Assembly: GCA_000146045.2 (NCBI GenBank)
Contig: BK006948.2
Location: 480,001-544,000 of the forward strand
From: TPA_inf: Saccharomyces
Taxonomy: Eukaryota
Direction: 5' to 3'
DNA length: 64,000 nucleotides
Numbering within the stretch: the stretch's first letter is position 1; every line of letters begins with the position of its first letter. The notes beneath the pieces were generated by a model that worked only from the letters and a program-made list of their open reading frames with translations, was not told where the DNA came from and did not search any database. This document shows, piece after piece, positions 39,973-51,127 of this stretch. The position numbers and the translations under genes are program-made.

Positions 39973-41352
39973 TAATCTCCTTAAACGCGCATTGAGCACA
40001 GACTTTCTGGTAGACCCAATCTTATCTATTTACGAAAACAAGAGTGTATAAGAGTGTATAAGTTATTTTTTGCATTTATTCTTTTGTGGTAGGGGGGTTT
40101 CTTAGCCGCTCTTTTTGACTCAAAATTTCCTTTGATGTCTAGTGATAGTGCACTTCCCATGTGCGCAACCTGTGTTTTTTGTACTCCGTAGTTTAAATGC
40201 AAGGGCTCGATATGCCCTTTTTCCTTTTTCTACTTTGTACGATCTACACTGACCTTTTTTCAGTAGTCCGTAAATCCCCACGAATTTCTACTAGCGACTG
40301 CCAATAAAAAAAGGATTGTGCTACTGTATGTAAAAAGTAAGAACCCTGTTATTTTCCGTTAACTGTCATTTGCCTTACTGTTGCTTAACGGCCGCCAACC
40401 GTTATCAAGAAACAAAACATTGTATGCGTTGTCTTCTAAATGAACCTTGTGGGCCCTGATAAACATAAGAACGTGTCTGGCTCGGAAGTATTTATCTTAT
40501 TTCAATTTTCGCTTTTGCAGAACATCCTTGCCTGTCACTAAGATAAGGACAGAGCGTGGATTAATAAAAATGGCAGAATTTCTCGGCAAAAAAAGAAATC
40601 ATGCATAATTACCTCGATGTGTACGTTATTGCGGGCACGATCCTGTCGCTACGGCCTGATAGTAGCGGCTATTCTGCTGGCGAAAATTTTCAGCAGTTTG
40701 AAATCTTACTGTGGCGTCCCGGTCCAGCCGAGATGACATCTAACTAAGAAATGTCCGCTGCGGCACACCCACGCCGTTGCAGCTAAAGTCGCGCACCAAG
40801 CACAGACCTGCTGGAGAATGAGGAACAAGGTTGCGTTAAATGCTTCGGGAAGAACTGCCGAACCGAACCGCTAGAAAAGTGCGCAGGTACCCCGATCGAA
40901 GCGGCTCGGCGCTCATTTTAGCACAATCAGAAAAAGGAAATTGAAAGAAGAAAAAAAAAACATAATCATTAACAATTCTTTTCTTGAGATATACGTATAT
41001 ATGACGTCGTCATGTAGTATCTCTTTCGGGATACCCTTTGTAAACGTCCCTTTGTGGAGATGAAAAAAAAACTTGCTGAATAAAGATAGTTAAGGCGCTA
41101 GTAATCAAATTAATAACATATTATACCACATCACATCTATACCATTTCCGTTGCACATTGCTTGAACCAGTTGCCAAAATTGACTAAACGGATTTTTACA
41201 AAGTCAACGGTGATCACTAAAAGCAAACAACTCAAGCGACGAGGCAAGGAAAGAGAAGAAAAAAAAAATATTACATTGGCTATATAAATATCAAAACATC
41301 TTAGGTAAGGCACCTTTGATACATAAAACGAAGAAAATTCAGCACATGCCAG

Positions 41353-42282
41353 ATGGCGAGTGTACCAAGTCTATGCGACATACTGATACCGCTAGAAAAG
41401 AATAGTCGCAGCGACGGCGATGCTGAAAGTAGCAATACAGTGCTGATTCAACTGCGAAAAGGGCATCACGAACGGATGCGTTCTCCTTACACAATACAAA
41501 AGTTTTACAAATTTCTAAAAAGAGCTCATTGTGAGGAAAATTTAGAATTTTTCGAAAAAGCTCATCAGTTCCTCCAGCTTAAGCAAAACAGGAGTATTAG
41601 CGAGGAGAAGCTCTTGGAAGTTTGGAACAAGTCGTTGTACATAAAATACATTGCCGTGGACTCCCCCAAAGAATGCAACTTTTCACAGGATACTAGGGAG
41701 ATATTTGAGAAGTGCTTTGCTAACAATGAAGTACCTGCCGACGTAGACGTCCTGTGTGCCATTAGCCATGTGATGGGCCTATTAATGGACGGGTATCACC
41801 GATTTGTGAGTTCTGTTAATGAGAAAAAGTACTCCGCCACATATGCCCACAATGACTCTGCTACGGAACAAGATCTCAAAAACGAGTCTACAACTTCTTT
41901 TTCGTCATTAGGCGTGGAGGATATTTCTGAAGATAGAAATTCGTATCTTAAGAAGCCTGATATCAATGGTTTGTCAACTATCATTCAAGAAACGTCTGCA
42001 AACACGACCAATGAGTCGCAATGCAGCGATCGCACTTCTCGGCCAAGCGAGTCCTCTTCCTCACTCAACACTACCAGCTCGACCTACAAGAATACCAGCA
42101 CTAGAAATCTGCAAAAACCGCAAAATACAGGAATTCTCAACTCGGGGAAAGGTTTATTGCAAAAACTTAACTTTGTTAAAAAACGGAAATCTTTCAAACA
42201 GCCTTCAGGCGTCATTTGTAGCCATTATAACAGCAATGTTCAAAACCGTTTGAAAGGACAAAACAGTCATCAACAAAGATAG
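41353..42282 (+). CDS. RGS2: Regulator of G-protein signalling (GAP for Gpa2)
   Basis: 309-aa ORF with an RGS-box region in the N-terminal half and a Ser/Thr-rich tail. It matches Rgs2 (YOR107W). Confidence 0.85.
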
Positions 42283-42749
42283 CCTCTTCATCATCTGTGG
42301 AGACACAAATATCTTCATCCTCATCGCCATTACCCAATAAAGCGATCGGTAAAAATGAAAAAAGCGTTGAAAACGGCTTTAAAAAGCTAAATTTGCATGA
42401 TATCAGTTAATCAAGATTAGAACTTTGATTAAGTAGAACAACGATAGAAAATCCGCTTTTCTGGCTAGTTCCCTCGTTTCATATTAATTCATTTCACACA
42501 ATTTACTTCATTTCATCACGCTCATATTGTTTGTAACTTTAGTTTTTATTTAATTTTACGTACATGACACTGCATATAATTATTTCACAGGCATTTAAAA
42601 TAAGAGCATTGGGCACAGTCTTCTTTTATATGTTGTCATATTCAAACACTAAACATTTATCTGTATAGTAATTAATGTTAGCTCTTCCTTCTGCATGGCG
42701 CTTGTTATATACTTCATTCGTCTATTTTGGTGCCGCGCGCCATCATGGT

Positions 42750-42776
42750 CCGGTAACGGTCGTAGTGAATGACTCA
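42750..42776 (+). promoter_or_regulatory. Leu3-type CCG-N4-CGG site adjacent to a Gcn4 TGACTCA site, upstream of LEU9
   Basis: CCGGTAACGG is at 42750-42759 (CCG-N4-CGG) and ATGACTCAT at 42769-42777 (Gcn4 core TGACTCA at 42770-42776). Both lie about 250-280 bp upstream of the LEU9 ATG. Confidence 0.6.
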
Positions 42777-42811
42777 TATTTTTCCATCTCTTTCGGCCTT
42801 GCCAAAAAATG

Positions 42812-42839
42812 AAAAAAAAAAAAAAAAAAAAAAAAAAAA
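42812..42839 (+). repeat. Poly(dA:dT) tract, A28
   Basis: There are 28 uninterrupted A residues, with AAAAAAT immediately upstream and TTAAAAA downstream. It sits in the RGS2-LEU9 intergenic region about 190 bp upstream of the LEU9 ATG. Tracts like this typically exclude nucleosomes and are prone to slippage. Confidence 0.9.
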
Positions 42840-43026
42840 TTAAAAACGATGTCCAGAATCACAACTACAACATAGTTTTGCCTCTTACTGGCTTGATTGG
42901 AAGTTAGCTGTTAAATTTCAATAATGCCTTACTTTACTCCACGAAATCACAATCCTTGTTTTCGGCTTATAAGGGTCTTCTCCTTAGGATAATACTATCG
43001 GCACATTATCATTTAGCCGCGTAGCC

Positions 43027-44841
43027 ATGGTAAAACATTCGTTCATAGCGCTAGCTGAGCATGCTAGTAAACTAAGAAGGTCTATCCCACCCGTCAAACT
43101 GACTTATAAAAATATGCTACGGGACCCATCGGTAAAATATAGGGCGTTTGCTCCACCAAAAATGGTCAAGAGGATTTGGCCTGACAAAACTATTCAAAAG
43201 GCTCCACGTTGGCTGTCTACTGACTTGAGGGACGGTAATCAATCTTTACCGGACCCAATGTCTGTGGCTCAAAAGAAAGAATATTTCCACAAGTTGATCA
43301 ACATCGGTTTCAAAGAAATCGAAGTGTCTTTCCCCTCTGCATCTCAAACAGATTTCGACTTCACCAGGTATGCTGTAGAAAACGCTCCAGATGATGTTGG
43401 TATTCAATGTCTTGTCCAATCTAGAGAACACTTGATTAAAAGAACCGTGGAAGCATTGACTGGTGCTAAAAGGGCTACCATACATACTTACTTGGCCACA
43501 AGTGACATGTTCCGAGAAATTGTCTTCAATATGTCTAGAGAGGAAGCTATTTCTAAAGCTGTAGAAGCCACCAAACTGGTTAGGAAACTAACCAAGGATG
43601 ACCCTTCCCAGCAAGCTACTCGTTGGTCCTATGAGTTTTCTCCCGAATGTTTCAGTGATACGCCAGGTGAATTTGCTGTAGAAATTTGTGAAGCTGTTAA
43701 AAAGGCTTGGGAACCTACCGAGGAAAATCCGATCATTTTCAACTTACCAGCTACTGTAGAAGTTGCCTCTCCAAATGTTTACGCTGATCAAATTGAGTAC
43801 TTCTCTACCCACATTACTGAGCGTGAGAAGGTCTGTATTTCTACGCATTGTCACAATGACCGTGGTTGCGGTGTCGCCGCCACAGAATTAGGTATGCTTG
43901 CAGGCGCTGATCGTGTAGAAGGTTGTCTATTTGGTAATGGTGAACGTACAGGTAATGTTGATTTGGTTACAGTTGCCATGAATATGTATACCCAAGGTGT
44001 TTCTCCTAATTTAGATTTCTCAGATTTAACTTCAATTTCTGAAATTGTCCATCGCTGTAACAAGATTCCAATTCCCCCAAGAGCCCCATATGGCGGTGAA
44101 TTGGTTGTTTCTGCCTTTTCTGGTTCTCATCAGGATGCAATTAAGAAGGGATTTGCAATCCAAAACAAGAAACAGGCTCAAGGAGAAACTCGGTGGAGAA
44201 TTCCATACTTACCATTGGATCCAAAGGATATTGGACGTGATTACGAAGCCGTCATCAGAGTCAACTCTCAATCCGGTAAGGGTGGTGCTGCTTGGGTTAT
44301 TATGAGATCTCTAGGATTAGATGTACCAAGACCAATGCAAGTTGATTTCTCCAATACTCTACAGAAAAATGCAGATGCCTTAGGAAGAGAGTTAAAATCC
44401 GAAGAGATTACAAAATTGTTCAAAGAAACTTACAACTACAACAACAATGAACATATATACGTCACCTTGTTGAATTACGAAGTTAAGAAATTGAACCCAG
44501 AGCGTAGAGCTTTAGTGGGCCAGGTAGAAATCAACGATAAGGTTGTCAACATCGAAGGCTACGGAAATGGTCCTATCTCTTCTTTGGTGGATGCGCTATC
44601 CAATTTACTGAATGTTAAGTTGAGCGTTCAAAACTACTCTGAACATTCCTTGGGTTCTGGTTCTGCAACCCAAGCGGCATCTTTCATAAATCTTTCCTAC
44701 ATAAAGGACATCAATAATCATGCTACTAGTAATATGTGGGGTGTTGGTGTCTCCGAAGACACTGGGGATGCATCTATTAAGGCGGTATTTGCTACTGTCA
44801 ATAATATTATTCATTCCGGGGATGTTCTACTGGCAGAGTAA
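43027..44841 (+). CDS. LEU9: Alpha-isopropylmalate synthase II (minor isozyme, mitochondrial)
   Basis: 604-aa ORF with the HxH metal site (ISTHCHNDRGCGVA) and DRE-TIM metallolyase fold motifs. It matches Leu9 (YOR108W), the paralog of Leu4. Confidence 0.92.
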   Translation: MVKHSFIALAEHASKLRRSIPPVKLTYKNMLRDPSVKYRAFAPPKMVKRIWPDKTIQKAPRWLSTDLRDGNQSLPDPMSVAQKKEYFHKLINIGFKEIEVSFPSASQTDFDFTRYAVENAPDDVGIQCLVQSREHLIKRTVEALTGAKRATIHTYLATSDMFREIVFNMSREEAISKAVEATKLVRKLTKDDPSQQATRWSYEFSPECFSDTPGEFAVEICEAVKKAWEPTEENPIIFNLPATVEVASPNVYADQIEYFSTHITEREKVCISTHCHNDRGCGVAATELGMLAGADRVEGCLFGNGERTGNVDLVTVAMNMYTQGVSPNLDFSDLTSISEIVHRCNKIPIPPRAPYGGELVVSAFSGSHQDAIKKGFAIQNKKQAQGETRWRIPYLPLDPKDIGRDYEAVIRVNSQSGKGGAAWVIMRSLGLDVPRPMQVDFSNTLQKNADALGRELKSEEITKLFKETYNYNNNEHIYVTLLNYEVKKLNPERRALVGQVEINDKVVNIEGYGNGPISSLVDALSNLLNVKLSVQNYSEHSLGSGSATQAASFINLSYIKDINNHATSNMWGVGVSEDTGDASIKAVFATVNNIIHSGDVLLAE

Positions 44842-45277
44842 TAGAAAGGAGTAGCTTATGATTACTCATGTTATATATATATGTATTTTTATTTATAAAT
44901 GGCACAGAAAAGTAACTTATTTCACGTTAAAAAGACATCTTTCAGCGAAGTTTCCAAACACTTCTTCGATGTCTGTGTGGAAAGTTTCTTTCGTTTATAG
45001 TTTTATTATTTTTTTTTGCTTTTTTTCCCATGGTACCATTTCCTTTCGTGAAACATTTTACCCAGGCCCACCCACCGCATAATCTTAACTGAATCCGAAT
45101 AGGGATTTTTCGAGCACTACTGCAACTGTTGAGTGAGCTAGGAGTAGTGTAATTTGAGACTTTGTGAAGGGAGAACAGTCAATATCCAATATCATATTAA
45201 GAAAGCTAGCAGTACCTTAAGAGGAAGAAAGAAAATAACTGGGGCGAAGAATATCTAGTTATCCACTCCTTCATAGA

Positions 45278-48200
45278 ATGATTATCTTTGTTTCAGAAGA
45301 ACCTGAAAGGAGGCTAGCCATTGTATCCAACTTGTATGCTCTTGTTCTTAAACCGGTTGGGAAAAAGCCATCTGATAAACCCCTTTGTGCCATTGAACTT
45401 CTTCAAAAAAATGATTTGAAAAAATATGGCTTCAAAAGACTTACATCACACGAAATTTTTGGTGTTATCGGACTCATTGAGGTTAATGGCCTGCTGTTTG
45501 TTGGTGCCATCACTGGGAAATCAAAAGTTGCACAGCCATGCCCAGGAGAGACTGTGAACAAAATTTTTGCTGTCGATTTTTTTTGTTTAAATGACAACAG
45601 TTGGGATTTTATTGAAATCGACTCCTCAGGTTATCCTGTGTTGCCGGAGACTGCTTCAACTGAATATCAAGACGCCTTGCCAAAACATCCATGCTATGAA
45701 TTGAAGAAACTATTATCCAATGGATCTTTTTATTATAGTTCAGATTTTGATTTGACCTCAACCTTACAGCATCGTGGATATGGTCAGCATTCTTTGAGTA
45801 CAGATACCTACGAAGAAGAATATATGTGGAACTCTTTTCTCATGCAAGAAATGATCACATACAGAGATCATTTGGACACAAATTTGAAACAAATCTTGGA
45901 TGACGAGGGGTTTTTAACAACAGTTATCCGTGGATTTGCGGAAACTTTCGTCTCGTACGTTAAGAAGTTGAAAGTTGCTCTTACTATCATCTCGAAACAG
46001 AGCTGGAAAAGAGCAGGAACAAGATTTAATGCACGTGGTGTGGATGATGAGGCAAACGTTGCCAATTTCGTAGAAACGGAATTCATTATGTATTCTAGCC
46101 AATACTGTTATGCTTTTACACAGATTAGAGGCAGTATACCTGTATTCTGGGAGCAAGGTACCTCTTTAATCAATCCAAGAGTACAAATTACAAGATCATT
46201 TGAAGCCACCCAACCGGTATTTGACAAACATATCATGAAATCAGTGGAAAAGTACGGACCTGTGCATGTCGTTAATTTGTTATCAACGAAATCTTCTGAA
46301 ATTGAACTTTCAAAACGATACAAGGAGCATTTAACTCATTCAAAAAAATTGAACTTCAACAAAGATATATTTTTGACAGAATTCGATTTTCATAAAGAAA
46401 CTTCGCAAGAAGGCTTTTCCGGTGTCAGAAAACTCATTCCATTAATATTGGACTCTCTTTTATCTTCTGGCTATTATTCTTACGATGTTAGAGAAAAAAA
46501 GAACATATCTGAACAACATGGCATATTTAGGACCAACTGTTTAGATTGTTTGGATAGAACAAATTTAGCTCAGCAAATTATTTCTTTGGCTGCTTTTAGA
46601 ACTTTTCTCGAAGATTTCCGATTGATTAGTTCAAATTCGTTCATCGACGATGATGATTTCGTTTCTAAACATAACACCCTGTGGGCTGATCACGGTGATC
46701 AAATTTCCCAAATATATACTGGTACTAATGCTTTGAAGTCCTCATTTTCAAGAAAAGGTAAAATGTCACTTGCTGGGGCATTATCAGACGCCACAAAATC
46801 GGTCAGCAGAATATATATTAACAATTTCATGGATAAAGAAAAGCAACAAAATATCGATACTTTGTTGGGAAGGTTACCGTATCAGAAAGCAGTGCAACTT
46901 TATGATCCCGTAAACGAATACGTAAGTACGAAATTACAAAGCATGTCTGATAAGTTCACATCAACCTCCAACATTAACTTGTTAATAGGATCATTCAATG
47001 TTAATGGCGCAACCAAAAAAGTTGATTTATCAAAGTGGTTATTTCCAATCGGTGAAAAATTTAAACCCGATATTGTTGTTTTAGGTCTTCAAGAAGTTAT
47101 AGAACTATCTGCGGGTTCGATTTTGAACGCTGATTACTCGAAAAGCTCTTTCTGGGAAAACTTAGTGGGTGATTGCTTAAACCAGTATGATGATAAATAT
47201 CTGTTGTTAAGAGTAGAGCAAATGACTTCTTTACTAATTTTATTTTTTGTTAAAGCAGACAAAGCTAAATACGTCAAACAAGTGGAGGGTGCTACTAAAA
47301 AAACTGGCTTTAGGGGTATGGCTGGGAATAAAGGTGCAGTGTCTATAAGATTTGAGTACGGTGCCACTTCATTTTGTTTTGTCAATTCTCATCTCGCAGC
47401 AGGAGCTACGAATGTCGAAGAACGTCGAAGTGATTACGAGAGCATAGTTAGAGGTATTACTTTCACTAGAACTAAGATGATTCCTCATCACGATTCGATT
47501 TTCTGGTTAGGTGACATGAATTATAGAATAAATCTACCGAACGAAGACGTCAGAAGAGAGTTGCTCAACCAAGAAGAAGGATATATCGATAAACTGTTGC
47601 ATTTTGATCAACTTACCCTAGGTATTAATTCTGGCAGTGTATTTGAAGGCTTCAAAGAACCAACTCTCAAGTTCCGTCCAACATACAAGTATGATCCCGG
47701 GACAGGAACTTATGATTCTTCTGAAAAGGAAAGGACGCCGTCATGGACAGATAGAATTATTTATAAAGGGGAAAACTTACTTCCTTTATCTTATTCAGAT
47801 GCTCCGATAATGATTAGCGACCATCGGCCAGTTTACGCAGCATATAGAGCAAAAATAACTTTTGTTGATGATAAAGAGAGACTATCTCTCAAGAAACGTT
47901 TATTCACAGAATACAAACAAGAGCATCCCGAAGAACCGGGTTCTCTGATATCGGATCTTCTCAGCCTTGATCTGGATAATAAGAGCACTGATGGATTCAA
48001 AAGCTCTTCTGAAAGTTCTCTACTTGATATTGATCCGATAATGGCACAACCGACAGCGTCCAGCGTTGCTTCTTCGTCACCTGTGTCTTCAGCATCGGCT
48101 TCACTACAACCTGTCAGAACTCAAAACAGTAGCCAGTCGCGTACCCCCATAAAGAAACCGGTATTGCGCCCCCCACCCCCACCTGCTCATAAATCTGTAT

Positions 48201-48601
48201 CAGCACCTGCTCCTTCAACATCGAAGGAAAAATCACCAACACCACAGACCTCAACTGCATCGTTGTCATCTGTGACTAAAAATATACAGGAAAATAAACC
48301 ATTGGCGCAAAATAGACGAATTCCACCACCAGGTTTTAGTCAAAATATATTAACTCCAAAAAGTACCAGTAACTTGGCTTCGCCTATGTCTTCTAAGGTT
48401 GATTTATATAATAGCGCGAGTGAATCTACACGTTCAGCCCAAGATGCAAGACAACAGACACCTACAGCATTTGCAGCATCAAGAGACGTCAATGGGCAGC
48501 CCGAAGCTTTGCTAGGTGATGAAAATCCAATTGAGCCAGAGGAAAAGGCCAAACTAAACCATATGACTTTAGACTCATGGCAGCCATTGACCCCAAAATG
48601 A
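45278..48601 (+). CDS. INP53: Synaptojanin-like phosphoinositide phosphatase (Sac1 domain + inositol polyphosphate 5-phosphatase + Pro-rich tail)
   Basis: 1107-aa ORF with an RTNCLDCLDRTN Sac1 CX5R(T/S) catalytic motif, a 5-phosphatase domain (WLGDMNYR, PSWTDRI) and a C-terminal PPPPPAH proline-rich region. It matches Inp53 (YOR109W). Confidence 0.92.
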   Translation: MIIFVSEEPERRLAIVSNLYALVLKPVGKKPSDKPLCAIELLQKNDLKKYGFKRLTSHEIFGVIGLIEVNGLLFVGAITGKSKVAQPCPGETVNKIFAVDFFCLNDNSWDFIEIDSSGYPVLPETASTEYQDALPKHPCYELKKLLSNGSFYYSSDFDLTSTLQHRGYGQHSLSTDTYEEEYMWNSFLMQEMITYRDHLDTNLKQILDDEGFLTTVIRGFAETFVSYVKKLKVALTIISKQSWKRAGTRFNARGVDDEANVANFVETEFIMYSSQYCYAFTQIRGSIPVFWEQGTSLINPRVQITRSFEATQPVFDKHIMKSVEKYGPVHVVNLLSTKSSEIELSKRYKEHLTHSKKLNFNKDIFLTEFDFHKETSQEGFSGVRKLIPLILDSLLSSGYYSYDVREKKNISEQHGIFRTNCLDCLDRTNLAQQIISLAAFRTFLEDFRLISSNSFIDDDDFVSKHNTLWADHGDQISQIYTGTNALKSSFSRKGKMSLAGALSDATKSVSRIYINNFMDKEKQQNIDTLLGRLPYQKAVQLYDPVNEYVSTKLQSMSDKFTSTSNINLLIGSFNVNGATKKVDLSKWLFPIGEKFKPDIVVLGLQEVIELSAGSILNADYSKSSFWENLVGDCLNQYDDKYLLLRVEQMTSLLILFFVKADKAKYVKQVEGATKKTGFRGMAGNKGAVSIRFEYGATSFCFVNSHLAAGATNVEERRSDYESIVRGITFTRTKMIPHHDSIFWLGDMNYRINLPNEDVRRELLNQEEGYIDKLLHFDQLTLGINSGSVFEGFKEPTLKFRPTYKYDPGTGTYDSSEKERTPSWTDRIIYKGENLLPLSYSDAPIMISDHRPVYAAYRAKITFVDDKERLSLKKRLFTEYKQEHPEEPGSLISDLLSLDLDNKSTDGFKSSSESSLLDIDPIMAQPTASSVASSSPVSSASASLQPVRTQNSSQSRTPIKKPVLRPPPPPAHKSVSAPAPSTSKEKSPTPQTSTASLSSVTKNIQENKPLAQNRRIPPPGFSQNILTPKSTSNLASPMSSKVDLYNSASESTRSAQDARQQTPTAFAASRDVNGQPEALLGDENPIEPEEKAKLNHMTLDSWQPLTPK

Positions 48602-48940
48602 GAATATGTTATCTTTGAAGTGTGGTTGTTGTTCCGTTTGTATCCCTTTAAATGAACGAAGAGAAACAAGGGGGCTAACCTGGCCAGGTTGTTTTATGTG
48701 ATTTTATTTAGATAAATATTTATATAAATATTCAGTGAGAGAAAAGGAGTGCGTTAATAAGGCGCGCCGGGTTTAAAGCTGAAAAATAGGACACATTAAT
48801 ATATATACGTTAAATATTGGTGAATACTTATGGGCAAGGTGGAAGAGAATCTCTACTATCCATAAATCCTCAGTAGGCTTTCCCCTAATTACCTTCATTT
48901 TTCTACCTCAATAACATATTACTCCTTTTCAATACATTTT

Positions 48941-50248
48941 ATGGTGGTGAACACGATATATATCGCAAGGCATGGATACAGATCCAACTGGCTTCCGGAG
49001 GGTCCATATCCTGACCCACTTACAGGAATTGATAGCGATGTTCCTTTAGCAGAACACGGAGTCCAGCAAGCCAAAGAGTTGGCCCATTACCTTTTGTCCT
49101 TGGATAATCAACCAGAGGCCGCCTTCGCTTCTCCATTTTATAGATGTCTTGAGACTGTACAACCGATAGCTAAGCTGTTAGAAATACCTGTTTATCTAGA
49201 AAGGGGTATCGGGGAATGGTATAGACCTGATAGAAAACCTGTTATTCCAGTACCTGCTGGATATGAGATACTAAGCAAATTTTTTCCAGGTGTCATTAGC
49301 CAAGAATGGGACTCTACATTAACACCAAATGAAAAGGGTGAGACAGAACAGGAGATGTATATGAGATTCAAAAAATTTTGGCCCTTATTTATTGAACGTG
49401 TAGAAAAGGAATATCCAAATGTTGAGTGCATACTGTTGGTCACACACGCTGCATCTAAGATTGCCCTTGGAATGAGCTTGCTGGGATACGATAATCCTCG
49501 GATGTCTTTGAATGAAAATGGTGATAAAATAAGAAGTGGTAGTTGCTCATTAGACAAATACGAAATTCTTAAAAAAAGCTACGATACTATAGATGAAACT
49601 GATGATCAAACATCCTTTACCTATATACCATTTAGTGACAGAAAATGGGTTTTAACGATGAATGGGAATACCGAGTTTTTGAGTAGTGGTGAAGAAATGA
49701 ATTGGAATTTTGATTGTGTGGCAGAAGCTGGTTCAGATGCTGATATCAAAAAGAGACAAATGACAAAAAAAACCAGCTCACCAATACCAGAAGCAGATGA
49801 TCAAACGGAAGTAGAAACCGTTTATATCAGTGTTGATATTCCCAGCGGCAATTACAAAGAGAGGACCGAGATAGCAAAGAGCGCAATTTTACAATATTCC
49901 GGTTTAGAAACAGATGCTCCGTTGTTTAGAATCGGAAATAGATTGTATGAGGGAAGCTGGGAGAGACTTGTTGGCACGGAGCTTGCTTTCCCAAATGCTG
50001 CACATGTACATAAAAAGACAGCCGGTCTACTATCACCGACTGAAGAGAATGAAACAACAAATGCTGGTCAAAGTAAAGGCTCATCGACTGCCAACGACCC
50101 AAACATACAAATACAAGAAGAAGACGTTGGACTACCGGATTCAACTAACACAAGTAGAGATCACACGGGAGATAAAGAAGAGGTTCAATCAGAAAAGATT
50201 TATAGAATAAAAGAGAGGATAGTGCTAAGCAATGTCCGCCCTATGTAA
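48941..50248 (+). CDS. TFC7: TFIIIC tau55 subunit with an N-terminal histidine-phosphatase (phosphoglycerate-mutase-like) domain
   Basis: 435-aa ORF with an N-terminal RHGYRSNW (RHG catalytic motif) and a later VTHAASK histidine motif. It matches Tfc7 (YOR110W). Confidence 0.88.
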   Translation: MVVNTIYIARHGYRSNWLPEGPYPDPLTGIDSDVPLAEHGVQQAKELAHYLLSLDNQPEAAFASPFYRCLETVQPIAKLLEIPVYLERGIGEWYRPDRKPVIPVPAGYEILSKFFPGVISQEWDSTLTPNEKGETEQEMYMRFKKFWPLFIERVEKEYPNVECILLVTHAASKIALGMSLLGYDNPRMSLNENGDKIRSGSCSLDKYEILKKSYDTIDETDDQTSFTYIPFSDRKWVLTMNGNTEFLSSGEEMNWNFDCVAEAGSDADIKKRQMTKKTSSPIPEADDQTEVETVYISVDIPSGNYKERTEIAKSAILQYSGLETDAPLFRIGNRLYEGSWERLVGTELAFPNAAHVHKKTAGLLSPTEENETTNAGQSKGSSTANDPNIQIQEEDVGLPDSTNTSRDHTGDKEEVQSEKIYRIKERIVLSNVRPM

Positions 50249-50428
50249 TATGTATTTTGTAGCAGCAGCAACCTTATTTAAAGAACACAGGTGCATCTGC
50301 TTGTTTATTACCTTTCGTGTATTTTACCAGACGAAAAGCGTGAAGAGACGTAAGGGCAAAATAACCCAGTTGAACACAAGAAAGGAACATCTGACCGCAT
50401 CAAAAAAAGAGCACATTCACCAAACGTA

Positions 50429-51127
50429 ATGTCTGGAAATAGTCAACTGCCACCCGACGTAATCGGGTTTATATGTTCTAAGTATGATATCATTTTGGCC
50501 AGCACCTCTCCACGGAGGTATGAAATTTTACACGATATAATGGGAATCACCGATTTAAAAACAATGGTTTCTACTTTTGAAGAGAATCTTGATAAAATGA
50601 ATTATTCTACCGATCCGATTGGATATGTGTGCGATACTAGCTGGCATAAAGCGCAGAATATAATCGAGATTTTGACAGATTACGAAGATGAAAACCCAAA
50701 TGAAATTGATAAACCTAAGCTTATCATATGTGCAGACACAATTATTATAGATAAGAGTGGGAGAATCTACGAGAAGCCTAAAACAAAAGAGGTCCAAAAG
50801 AAGTTTTTAATGAAGTTTTGCTATGAAGATGATGAACCAGTTAACGTTGTCACCGCTGTGACTTTAATTAAATGGTACGGCAGAGAAAACTTTGAATTGG
50901 TACCATTCCGAGATGAAACCAAGGTATACTTTGATAACAAAATACCTTTGAGAATATTGGAAGAATATGTAGAAAGCGGAGATGGGCTGGAGGTTGGCGG
51001 TGGATTTAAAATACAAGGGCAAGGTGCTATTCTAATTGAAAAAATTGAAGGTGATTACTATAACGTAGTTGGTTTACCGCTCAATAAAACGTTCAAAGGA
51101 CTCTATGCTGAGGCTAATTCCATATAA
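50429..51127 (+). CDS. YOR111W: Maf-family nucleotide pyrophosphatase-like protein
   Basis: 232-aa ORF. An N-terminal ILASTSPRR and a C-terminal GxxVVGLP arrangement are characteristic of Maf/YhdE proteins. It matches YOR111W. Confidence 0.8.
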   Translation: MSGNSQLPPDVIGFICSKYDIILASTSPRRYEILHDIMGITDLKTMVSTFEENLDKMNYSTDPIGYVCDTSWHKAQNIIEILTDYEDENPNEIDKPKLIICADTIIIDKSGRIYEKPKTKEVQKKFLMKFCYEDDEPVNVVTAVTLIKWYGRENFELVPFRDETKVYFDNKIPLRILEEYVESGDGLEVGGGFKIQGQGAILIEKIEGDYYNVVGLPLNKTFKGLYAEANSI

